DNA from: Takakia lepidozioides
Lineage: Eukaryota > Plantae > Bryophyta
NCBI GenBank assembly: GCA_030704615.1
Contig: CM060732.1
Coordinates: forward strand, 37,262,001 to 37,326,000
Length of the DNA: 64,000 nt
Direction of reading: 5' to 3'
A program made the position numbers and the translations under genes. A model generated the notes under the pieces. The model was not told the origin of the DNA and searched no databases. It worked only from the letters and a program-made list of their open reading frames with translations. Of this stretch, positions 35,891 to 48,010 are shown in pieces (the first letter of the stretch is position 1; every line of letters starts with the position of its first letter).

Positions 35891-38339
35891 GCAAGGGAGG
35901 CACCGACATAAGTCTATCTCAAAACATCCTTATGTTGTGCCTTGGCATAGTAACACGCAGGAACCTCCACTGGGCAGGCGAGGTTCGTGTGGTTTGTCAT
36001 GCCGAAGTTTATGGAGGTCTACTAGAGGTCTAGTGGTCTACGGAGACTAGTCTACTAGAGTAGCCTAGGCCCGAAGAAAAACCCGTTTTCAAATATCGGA
36101 AATTCGAAAAACCAATCGCAAAAAACCATGATCCTAACCCGCCATAACTCTAATCCATAACCCTAATAATCCAGCCGCACCAGTAAACTAGGACCACAAA
36201 CCACCCATACCAACCACCCTTACAAACCACCATACAAACCACCAGCAGAGAAGCAACAATGCATTGAAACACCTAAACAACTTTAATCAATTCAAACTAA
36301 TTGAAACAGCTTTGGAACCAATGAATTGACATGAGATGCTCCGCATCAGACAAGACAACACACTCACGAAATGTGACATGCAAGAAACAAATGGTGCTCT
36401 ATAACCTCTGGAACGAAAGCGAGTGAAGAAACAGAAGCAAACCAACAGCGACTTGGGCAATGCTGACCAACAAAAGCAACAACAAAACAACAGCAAACCA
36501 ACATATCAAAACAAGCCAGAGCGAGCCAGAGAGAACAAACATCAAACCAGATAGAAACTGTAAACGAGAACATTACCTGCTGGATGCCTGAGCCATTTTC
36601 GGTGCCCCTGTTGCTGACCTGAAACGTCTGACCCTTAAGCTTCCACCGCTCCGCTCCGCTCTTCTTTACGCTCTGCTTCCCTCCCGTCTCCTGTCTGCAC
36701 TTGAATCCGCTGTCTGCTTGCTTTCCTCCACTACACTCTCGTGCTGCACTGAACTGCACGCTCTCTTCTCTTTGCTCTCATGGCACCCTGCACAACATGC
36801 TCTTTGTTCTTCACGCTCTCCCCTCTTCAAAACTCTCTCTTTTCTAGCGCTAGTCTCTCTAAACATTTCCACAGCGCTTCCGCATACACAATGGAGTGCC
36901 GAAAGGGTGGGCTGAACGACCACACCCCTTATATGGTGCCGTCGCAAAGGATCTGAATCATCGCGTCCTTTCGAAATCGAACAGTCGCGCGTGTTCCATC
37001 CAACATCCATGCAAATATCATCCAATTCATCTTTTCCATTCTGTCCATCCATTTTACGAATGATTAGATGAAATAAAAAAAACACATGAATGAACGAGAA
37101 AATATGTCATTAATGATCCCTTGTACAGGATCATCAATTATAACCCCGCGGGATATTTCCCACACCCCATACATGACGATAAATGAAATGTATAAGTCAG
37201 ATCCTCCTATGGCATTTTGCCGCTTGGAATTATTGCTCCTGACCATGTCTACGTTCGACGGATTAAGGCTTGGAATATTTCCTCTCTCATTCATTTACGC
37301 CCGCTGCATTCTCGGCCGAGTGTCATAGCTGCACGATTTCATGAAATGCTTATCAACGGCGTCAGGCCTTGATCCACTTGGACAACATTGAATGCGAAAT
37401 ACGTACTGCTTTATAAGCACGAGTACGAAACCATTGAACCACCGTTATCGGTTGTTATCATTCTGGCATCATAATTGTTACATAGGGTTCTACCAGTAAA
37501 GGACACTCATTTCCGAAATCAGTCAAAGAGTGCACTCCTGCACCATCCAGAACCGTTCGATTGTGGCCATATCGGATATCAACGGCGCTGGAAATTGATC
37601 TGCGAGACAATGTATCGCACTATCCCATTGGAGGAGTTCCAGCGGGAACCTGGTCTCCACATGTATATAAGGTCTGAGTGCAAACTGTTCAAACTTCTAT
37701 CTCCATACCTCTCACTTGCAGATTGTGTTTCCCGCACCTCTCTGGTCATCTCCCACCTCACTGCCCATAGTGCACCTCTCTGAGCATCTTGTACCTCTGT
37801 GGCCATCGCAGGTGTACCTCTCTGAATTTCCATAATCTCTCGTGTGAACTGCATTTTCTCCTGTAAAAAATGTTATGTCATCTGTGTGTTTTCGATAGTC
37901 TACAGGAAAATCTACTTATTTCTCATCTGCATGTTTAGAAATTACAGTCCAATACTCTCCTTTCGCTGTATTTGTCCATCTCTCCAATTCGTCATCCCTA
38001 AAGTCGTGGACCTCCACTGGACAGTCGCGTCAATGCTCACATTCATCCATCATTACAATTATTCATCCACGTAACCATATTCATCCACTAGTATTCATCC
38101 GTCCGATTTTTTTTCATCTGTATCTCATCCAACCTCCACTGTACAAGAGGTTATATAATTAGACTCAATCTTCACATGACATGTTCCATCAAACAATAAT
38201 TCCATTTATATTCTACTTCTCTGAAACGTTCATACGCGAGTGTATTTCCTTTTATTGTATTGATTCATCTTTGAATATAGTCTTAACTCATACTGCTTAT
38301 TACTCTGAGTAAGGTCGTCATGGAGGGGTTTTCAGTTTC

Positions 38340-41300
38340 TTGAACCGCACGTGTACAGTGGAGGTTCCGGTGATCATGAGCTTAGAGACGGGTCAAAGAG
38401 TGTTTCTTACTCTTTCCGGGTCTTCATCTCCAGTACCAACTGGGGACTGCCTTAATGTCTCCGGGGTTGGGACCTGTCATGGACACCAATTATCTTCCTC
38501 AACCATTTCAGTGGTTCTCATCTCATGTGATGAAGCACACTCATTGTGTCATTTTTCTTATGGACATATGGATGCTGACACCTTGAAGGAAGCCATTGGG
38601 ACCCCGGTGGTGTGGAATGTTGGCGAAGTTCATGCGGAGAATAACGAGTATCAAGGATGGCTTGACATGAATCCTGATTTTACGCCGGAGACAAGGTATA
38701 TTGTCGAAAATTTTAACGTTGACGAGGATGAATCAAACCACAGACCATCGAAGAGTTCCGGGAATCCGAGCGGAGGACTTGGAAGAAACAACTGGAGAAA
38801 CTTGCAGTGCGTATTGTTGGGTGATGATGGGGATGCACTGTTCGAGGGGAGGATTCAAGCCTGCATTCCGGACGAGGTGATCCTCAATGACAAATTGGGA
38901 GAGGACGATGTTGGAGTTCTTGTCACCAGAATACTTTCTGGAGGATCTGGATCTTTGATGTCTCTTGTAAAATGACATTTAATAAAAACACAACTTTTGG
39001 AAAGTAGGAAACTACTCTCAAATGATCTGGAGAATTTTATTAGATCTTCTGACAGTATCTTGTACGAAGGCGTATCGGCATTTTACGAGGAAGAAGAGGG
39101 ATCGAGATTTGGAACACTCCAAAAAATAAAATGAAGAATCTTACTCTGGAGGAAGTCTAGTCCGTGAGCAGCAAACCTTGCTGCAGACTTCAATGCTGTC
39201 AATATTTCGATTGGCGAAAAACCTTGGTTATCCGTACTTCGTTTTGGGGATCCACTTTCGATGAGAGGAGCGAACATGGACTAAATGTTTCAATACGACT
39301 TCACATGCTGGAAGGGACCTGTCGCAGGGCATACGTTACGATTGAGGGTGTAGATGTTTGTGAGACTTCTTGGTGGACAATTCATGGAATTGGCAGGTCC
39401 ACATACATGGAGTACAAAAAGTTGAGTAAACAGGGTTGGTTGACAAGTCTCCATGGGAACTGTGGAGTGAAGAGGCCACGCCCACGGACGCTTCAGGCAG
39501 AGGGTAACATTATGTCCATTATCAACGGAAATACTGACCTCATGCCCCATAAGACAAGATGCATTGGGGAGGGAAGGAGGGATACTTTGAGAGTCTTACC
39601 ACCTGAAATGAGCTGGAAGCGAATATGAGACGAGTCCAACGAGGTATAAAATCTCCATTCTTCAATTTCTTTCCTGGAAGTTTTTTCTGATTCAATGTGG
39701 ATGATCCTCCCTTCGATTTTGTCTCTTTCAACTGTGGTTCTAGTTTCATGAACCTCCACTGTCCAGTGGGCATTCCTTTCCTGACCCTTCCTTATTGTAA
39801 CAGACGAACAAACTTTTCGGGTTGGAATGAGTCTCACAGTCGGCTGTTAGCCGCATCCGGAGTCAGATATTTCCTAACGTGGAGGTTCGTAAAACTGGGA
39901 GCACATTTGTGAAGTGCACGGAGTGTGAGATGTTAAAGGACCTGATCAGAAAGTCTGTCAAGAGAAGTGCGGAACGGGTGACACACAAACGAGCGCTTGA
40001 TAAACATTTGAGGCACCAAGAGTCGTGCAGAAGACTGTACCATAGCTGGAGGAATAAGTCTGTTATGATTTCGGAGGAGTTTCTCTGTATTATTCATGGC
40101 AAAATGGATCATAGGAAAACAGCTGTTCCAAGGATCCAGACTCCAAACAAGATGATTTCTGGATTGGGTCAGCTTCCAGTTTCACTAACGGGAATGGTCA
40201 CACACGGACACGGTGATGGAGCTTACGGTCAGTATTCTCTTGAGTTTTGGAAGGGAAATTCAAACTTTACAATTGGTTCTTTGGCACGTTGCTTGCACCA
40301 GCTGGAGAAGCCAACCTGTCGCGAGTCTAGGAACATTTTCGATTACCGACTCAAAACGAGTTTTTTGAATCACTTTTAAGAGGTAAATCGAGATGTTTGG
40401 ATGTTCTTAAACCATGCAGGCCGGAAGACAAACATGATGCTCGTCCACTTTCGAGAAGACTGTACTTGCAAATGGACAACTCCGCGAAGGACAATAAGAA
40501 TAGATGGATGCTTGCTTTTCTATCCCTCGTGACCGCCAAAGATCTTTTTGAAGAGATCCAGCTAGGGTTCTTAATGGTCGGACACACCCATGAGGACATC
40601 GACGGATTCTTCAGCTACCTTTCGAAGAAGCTGAAGGAACAAAGCACCTACATTCTTTCGGATTTGATGGGGTCATTTATGACCTCACAAGATCTGCAAT
40701 TCATTCCACAGATTATTCATGAGGTTCCCGACTTCAAGAATTTTGTAAAGGGCTTTATTCTGATGGAAATGAGGCGTTGGTTGGGATTTCGGAGATGCAC
40801 GTCTTCCGTTTTTTTAAGGATGCGGAGGGCTGGCCCATCATGAAGTACAAGAAGTCTTCTACTGATTCGGATTGGCTTCCAACAAACAATAGTGTGAAGA
40901 TGTGGAAGTCCAATCCTGACGGGACTCCCAAGCTCCCTGAAGGAGACCCAGACGCCATTCCAAGGAGACCTATATGGGGAGTCAGGGACGACTCCTCCGA
41001 AAAACAGTCATTCATTAAGAATGGAATGTGGAAGAAAAAGATGAAATCCTAGAACCTTACTGTGGCCCGAGGTGTGAGCGACCAAGAATATCCTTGAATC
41101 CGTTCAAGGATATTGAGAAAGGGGTTTTTGTGCTCGTTCGCCCTCATGACCCAAGTACGTACCCGGTCTGGATGGGGGTGGCAATATCTGACGTGATCCG
41201 TGAAAGGGAGGATCCTAATTTTAAGAAGGTGAAGGTGGAGTGGTGGAGACCGAGAAAATGTGATAACCCAACAGACTTGGAAAGGTACAGGGACTGTTGG

Positions 41301-41507
41301 TCAAAACTTTGGGAGTATAACTCGTCAGATCCTCCTCAATGGATCCACGTGAACAATGTTGTGTGGACAATGCCTCCACGAAAAAATACGACAAGAAATA
41401 ACACTAAGAAAATTACTGCCGCCGAAGCTGTGAAGGCGCGCGCTAATTTGGAGGAGGCTAATCGTCAGTCAGAAAACGAGTCGTGCAAGCGAGTTCCAGA
41501 CCAATGA
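38340..41507 (+). pseudogene. Element C DDD/E transposase-like gene (Sola1-like), degenerate
   Basis: Cys-rich segments (CCRLQCC, KCTEC), FLCIIHGKMD, LYLQMDNSAKDNKNRW, FLMVGHTHEDIDGFFS; several stops and frameshifts; intron ~39644-39850. The superfamily assignment is from recalled motifs only. Confidence 0.7.
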
Positions 41508-42329
41508 CATATTGTTGAGGTCAACTCCAGTATTTCGATTTAAGAAATAAATTTTTTCTTCTCTATATGGCCCTTCTTGTTTGCGTTGGGGGATCATTTT
41601 TGTTATCTTCTTATGTCACACTGAACCTCGAATGTCCAGTGGACGTTCTCATCCTTTGTTTCTGGTGTGCTGGATTCTGGCCTGTTGTACGTTCTGGTCA
41701 ACAAAGAAAACCCTGTGGGGGAGTTTCGCCTACATAACATATAGATCACAAGAACAAAAATGGCGGGCACGACTACTGGAGTCTTCAAATTCGGTCAAAG
41801 AGGTTTTTAACAACGAAAGAAAATAGCCCATTTCCAGTCCTTCTCTGAAACATTGGACTTGCTTTTCGCATAACCAATTCTCCCACTAAAGCCTCCCACT
41901 AGGAAGAGCCTTACTCAATCGTTGTTGACATGCTTTTCAATTTGTCAGTCCTGAAAATTTTTCTCTGAGGTTTTCTTCCATTTTCCCTCTAAGCTCTACG
42001 ACTTTTCTACACCAAATTTTCATTTCATTTCATTTTCATACTTCTCAGCTTTGGCCCTGGTTTAAGAGGGAATTTCATATGTCCTTTTCCGTTGTTCAAA
42101 TTTTAAGCAATTTTCATTTCTCTTAGTTTTTATTTGGTGGTCTGACTTTTTATCCTCTCTCATGTTTTCTTCAGATCCATTTTCTCCCATGAGATCCAGA
42201 CGCTTCCCAAAAGTCGTTATTTAACGCCATTTTCTTTCCAAATCTCATAGTGTGTATTTTTATTTTTTTATTTTTTTGGCAATTTAGGATTTTGGATTGA
42301 CATACCTTTTTTTATAGTACCTTGCTTTT

Positions 42330-44750
42330 TATGTTAGCATTACCCCTAACCTTTACCCTTTTCTGCAAATGGCCCATGAACGATTCATACCATAACCATA
42401 GCCATAACCATAACCATTATGGTTATTGAAATGTCTTCTCCCTTCACATTTGCGCTAGCTGTTTCCTTTGTTTTGGATTGACATGCATTTAGGCATGTTA
42501 CAGTTTGTTTTTTATGTTACATCTTAATACCAGGTTCCAACGACAAGTCTTTCATTTAAATACTTCATAATATTAGGTTCTTCATTTTTTTTTGGCTTAC
42601 TAGTACCCTACTAACAACACTAAGTTCTAGCAAAGTTTGGAGTTTTCCATAAGTGTTTGTCTATTTTGTAACTTAAACAAAAACCCTAAACCCTTACCCT
42701 AAACCCTTACTATAAAACCCTAAATATTTACCCTTAACCCAATACCCCAGAATCCTTTCCTTTCCCTTTGCAAATGAGAATCAACTATCCATACCATAAC
42801 CATAACCATTTTGGTTATCCAAATCTCTTCAATGTATCCAAATTTCCATTGTACCCTACTAACACACACTAAGTTGTAGCGAGTGCGAGTCTTCCGACAT
42901 GTATGCTCACCATTTATGCCTTCAATCCAAGCCCTAAACTGTCGCGGCCCTTTGCCTTGAGGGCAGGGGGTCGGGACGCAAAGGGGCTGCCCCTGTGGTG
43001 GGGGCGGTGGCAGCAATAGGTACGGGGGGCTGAAGCACCCTTGAGTGCCCAAGGCACTCAAGGAGGCGGAGGCACTCACTAGGTGGAGCCCCGCACACCG
43101 GGTTGCGGTGGAGGTGGCTCCACAAGGGGGTGGTGGTAGCTTAGTGGGGCTTAGTGGGGGTGGCATAAGACTCACCATGGGGCGGAGACCTAGTGGTGGG
43201 AGTCGTGGGGAGTCTTGGGACTCACCACGGTCCAATGAGGCCGTGGTGGGTGGGCCAAGACTCACCGCGACTCATCACCGGGAATCAAGGGTCTTCGTGG
43301 TGGTTCGCCATAAAATGGCATGGTTGTTTGTGAAACCCCCGCGGACAGTCACAGAAGTATATATAGGGAGTAGTAACCCCAAGAACGGTGCAAGCCCGTT
43401 GGTGACCAAAAACTAGTGAGTAAGCGAACGAGCCGGAAAGCGACTAAGGAGTGGGGAGCTATTCCGGACTGCCATCTACCAAAAGGGAATTTCCACTAGG
43501 CCCAAATCGGTGGAGGGTCTGTTGGGGAAAGAAAGGGGGGACCGTTATGTCCCGGTGAGCAGCCGAAGCTCCGGGTAGGCCCGGCGGCCAGATTGGGAGT
43601 TAGGCGCGCGCATCAAAGCGAGTGACTATGACTTGAAGGGGGAGCTTACCGAAGTGAGGTACGCGACATAAACCCTCGTCGAAAACCCTAAGCAAAACCC
43701 TACGCCATTGTTACGTCTAAACCCTTACCCTTCCCCTGCAAATGAGAATGAAGTATCCATACTATTATGGTTATTCAAATCTCTTCGCCCTTCACCTTGC
43801 TCAAGGTTTTGCCTTTGGTTTGGATTGACATGCACTTACCTTTTTTTACGAACTTTGCTTTCTATGTATCTTAATACCAGGTTCCAAGGACAAGTCTTTC
43901 ATTTAAATACTTGTCCGATGCAATGTCTACACTTCCATAATATTAGGTTCTTCATTTTTATTTTGCTTACTACCTTACTAACAACACTAAGTTGTAGCGA
44001 GTGCGAGTCTTCCGGCATATATGCTCACCATTTCTGCCTTCAACCCAAACCCTAAACCCTCGTCGGGAACCCTAAACAAAACCCTACACCATTGTTACGT
44101 CTAAACCCTTACCCTTCCCCTGCAAATGGGGATGAAGTATCCATACCATAACCATATGTATCTTAATACAAGGTTCCAAGGACGAATCCTCAATCTAAAT
44201 ACTTCTCCGGCCCAATGACTCTTCCATAATATTTGTTTCTCCATTTATTTTTTTATTTTTTTATCCTACTAACACACACCAAGTTCTAGCGACTGTGAGT
44301 CTTCCATATTTGTTTGTCCAATAGTATTCTTAAACCCAAACCCGAAAACCCTACCTTTACCATCACCCCTAAACCATTAATCTTACCATAAACCAATAAC
44401 TTTAGTGTACTACCCTAGTTACACTCCAAACCTTATTGTACTACCATGTTACTTCTTCTCAATGTTTCATGTTTTTTTAATACTTTCTTTTGTTGGATAA
44501 GGTATGATAGAATGATTATAAGGATATCAAATTCCTCAACCATTTCTTAATTCTACCGAGTGTGAGTCCATCATATTTGTTTGTCCTTTTGTACCCTAAA
44601 TCCAAACCCTAAACCCTTACCTTTACTGTAAACCCAAACCTTATTACACTTCTCTAGAGTTACACCCCAAACCTTATTGTACTACCCTAGTACCTCTTCC
44701 GAATGTTTCATGCTATTCTAATATTTTACTGCCATGTCACATCCAAAACA
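42330..44750. repeat. Degenerate AT-rich tandem repeat region (units of a few hundred bp) with AAACCCT/CCATAA motifs; contains the solo LTR
   Basis: Recurring TAATACCAGGTTCCAA (~42526, 43872, 44164), TACCCTACTAACA..AAGTT.TAGC and AAACCCTAAACCC blocks. Confidence 0.75.
42940..43668 (+). mobile_element. Solo LTR of the same chromovirus family
   Basis: Reverse-complement homolog of 33390-34103 with TGTCGCG..CGCGACA ends; 5-bp TSD TAAAC at 42935-42939 and 43669-43673. Confidence 0.95.
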
Positions 44751-47321
44751 TCATTCATTTCAATGGCGTGGTATGTGAACATTGTGCTTGATATGAAGAT
44801 TCAATCAATAAAATTACTAGCAAGTTGTATCGAGTATGGTAGAGTATGAGTCTGGCCCATGTTCGATGCGACCCATTTGTTTATCGTGATCCTGCAATGA
44901 AATATTACTTTATTCGACTTCCAAGTGGACGTTCAATGAATTGTTCAATACTGCTACTTCACATTGAGCACTTCAATGTCAAATGGACCTCTTATATGAC
45001 ACATTTTGAAACAAGTATGACATCACCTGAAATTTCACAAAGTTCAATCACACATTACACCATGATATTATTAATATCTCAATTAATTTTAATACAAATA
45101 TATATTAAGTTTAGTCCAGATTTAAGCCAAAAGTCCAGAATTAATTAAAATAGTATTCGAAGGATGTAACGTCACAAGTGAGTGCGACACAGAAGTTCTA
45201 TGGTTTGAAAATGACGAAAACGTTGGACTGCCCTATCTAGGCAGCGCCCCGTGCCTTTGTTTTGTGGCACATAATATGGAAAATTCGGTGCTCCTCCCTG
45301 TTTGACAGCATTATGCTAGACTGTAGTTAACAGAGCTCACTTAATTAGACTTGCAATCTGAAGCTCGGAAGGCTTAGGAATTGTGGTTGCAGCTTTTCAC
45401 AGAAGCTCTGCAGACAAGCGACAACAACCGCTCGCTCGCTTTGGCTCGACTTGGGGAAAAAGTCCTCTGCACCAGAATTGCCGAACTTCGAGTTTCATGG
45501 AGCAACACCTTCCTTGGAGTTCAATTAGCATGAAAACCTCTCCTCTTGATGGCGAGGAGCCGGAGGTCAATTGGCGCAACAGGCGCAACTTTAGGAAAAC
45601 TAAATCTAGGATTCACCTTTCTTTTGAGCCCTGCAAAAGGAAGCATGGTCGCTGCTAGTTTTGTCTCACCGTCTTTGTCTCTTAGCGTCTTGATAGGATC
45701 TACCTTAGAGAACTCTGGCTCGGAGCAGTGCCTTATCTGTTGGTCTCCATGGCTCCCGTACCAGGTTATTTTTTCCTTGTGTATCTTCCGCTTTTCAGCA
45801 TTTATTTTATTTTTTTCTTAAAAAAATTTACAAAACAAGGGACAGTGTCTGCCAGAAATTTTATTAATAAGGTAAGGAAAAAATAATCTTACAAAGGGAG
45901 CCATGAGGCAGTTGATTGAGGTATCACTCGTAGCCAAAAGAACTAAGTAGAGAAATGACCAGATGAATAAAGCAACGTCCAACATGAGCATAACAATCAC
46001 TAAGCGCGGAAGACAATCAGCCAAACCTGCGAGAGACTACAAAAGTCTAACTACAAGTAATTCTGAAATCGAGAAGAAGAAGAAACAACTAAGAGCTACC
46101 CCGCTTTCTTTTAGGGCTCTCAAAAGACATATGAGTTTTCGATTGCCCCTTCCTAAGTCTTCTCTTGCTTTTCCAAATGACCTCTTCATCACCAGCCGGC
46201 TGAGGGGAGCTTCTGGCACTAGCTAAGCTACTAGCAGGGTAGGAGGCATTCATTTCATTGTACTTTGGAATCCAAAATTCGCCTGCAGAACATCCCCCTT
46301 TTTCCCCAAGAGCTATCGAACTTGGAAGAGAGGAGCCGGGCTCTCTTCCTGGATCCACACTTTGGCAAAGCTGTAGCAATTGTCAACCAACATTTACGAG
46401 ATTTAGACATGAAGTCTCACAGAGCCATGTGCAAGATAGGCTTATGAAGACAGGGCATAGAATTTTGAAAGACCACAACAATTTAAATAAAGTTTTTCTG
46501 GGCCGCCCTCTGTCCCCCGTTCCCCAAAAAATAAAAATAAAAATATATTGACATGATGTATCTAGACAGCGAAGGTGGCCAACGCATAGGATGGAACGAA
46601 TGGCAATGCCATTTGGAACACTAAGGCTAGGTGTATTCTGGTCATTGTCCATGGATGACCCTACTTTCAATTCCTCCCCAATATTACCTTGTGACCGGAG
46701 ATGTGGTGCGTGAGGAAGCGATCATGACATCACCATGAACCGCTCTAGCAAGATATGTTGCTTGATGCAACTCACATGTTGAATTACGTAATGCATGTTG
46801 GATCACAAAAATTGAGTCGACTGGGCATGAGACTCAAAACTCAGGATCAAGCGGTGCGACTAGAAAAAAACATGGGACCAAACTGCCAGGACTAGGGAAA
46901 TGGTCGTGGCAGGAGTTTGGACCCGAGTTCTGTTCCTCGTCGAGGCGGAGGCAGTCAGAGCTCACGAGCTCGCGCCCTCATCCCGTTGCCCTCGTCCCCA
47001 GTTTTTGATTTGGTTCCCTCTTTTCTGACTTCATGCCCAGTCTTCTGCACTTTACGGATTTACTCAAACTCAGGATGAAACCCGTAACTCGGGTCCCAAA
47101 CAGGGTACCAAACTCAGGCTCACTTTACGAATAACTCTGATCACTCTGATAACACTGATAACTCTGATCATCTCGACTGCAATACTTCAGGTCCTCTTCA
47201 ATATTACATCACAAAATACGTAGGAGCGGTCAAGTTGGAGTCGTTCCGTCGGAGCGGTAGTTTTCACTTTGTCGATTTTCAAAGAACTTGTTCAATATTG
47301 TGTCGGGGTGGTGGATTGTAG

Positions 47322-47543
47322 GAGCTTCGATGGTTGCGGCTCGAGTTGCGGGCCGCAATTTGTATGCCATGGAGGCTGAGAGAGCTGTGTTGGAAGGTTG
47401 CAAATGTGCGCCCAATTTGCGGCGGGCATTCACGGCGAGGACATACCGTAGATGTTCTGGGGTTTATTGACGAGTATGCGGAGAATGAAGGTGACAAGTC
47501 GCATTCAGGGTCTCCTACGCATTCTGGAGGCAGCTCTTTCTGA
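47322..47543 (+). pseudogene. Isolated exon of a third ParB-MTase-family gene
   Basis: After an AG acceptor (phase 1) it reads GASMVAARVAGRNLYAMEAERAVLEG, matching the A exon (x)ASYHACKASARHLFGIEGD and the B exon GASNVGWAVSDRHL at the same intron position. Confidence 0.55.
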
Positions 47544-48010
47544 GGCCATGCAGTATCAGTTGTAGAGGCTTAGGTTGTGGTTGCTAATAGTGTATCGACG
47601 GAGGATTGTTGACATTGGGGACATTACGGACACAATCTTTGGTTTTCGATCATGATTGTGCATGACGTGATCTGATTTTATGACTAAGGTTGTTGACAAA
47701 GATGGTAGTGTGCAATTGCATAGTAAGATGTTTAGTCTATCCTCAGATTGTGGTAGGCATAACGAGATATAGTGCATGACCAAAACATGATGCCAAAGAC
47801 AAAGTACAGTAGCAAGCTAAGATCAAAGCCATGTAGGTATGAGCAAACTTGATAAGCATTGTCGGAAAGGTGGCCCGAAACAAACTGATATGCAGACCTG
47901 CCATTTCGGCTGCTCGAAGTTGAAATTGCTGAAAGTTCCTGCAACTTTCAAGTGATGACATCCCAACACTGAAGGGGCGAGGCAGGTGCGCATAGCTTCT
48001 CCTGTCGTCA

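Noticed and set aside
42660-42740. True telomere array
   Set aside because: Only one to two degenerate AAACCCT units at a time, internal to a larger repeat.
45380-46450. Possible LINE or other TE remnant
   Set aside because: No recognisable motif or terminus.
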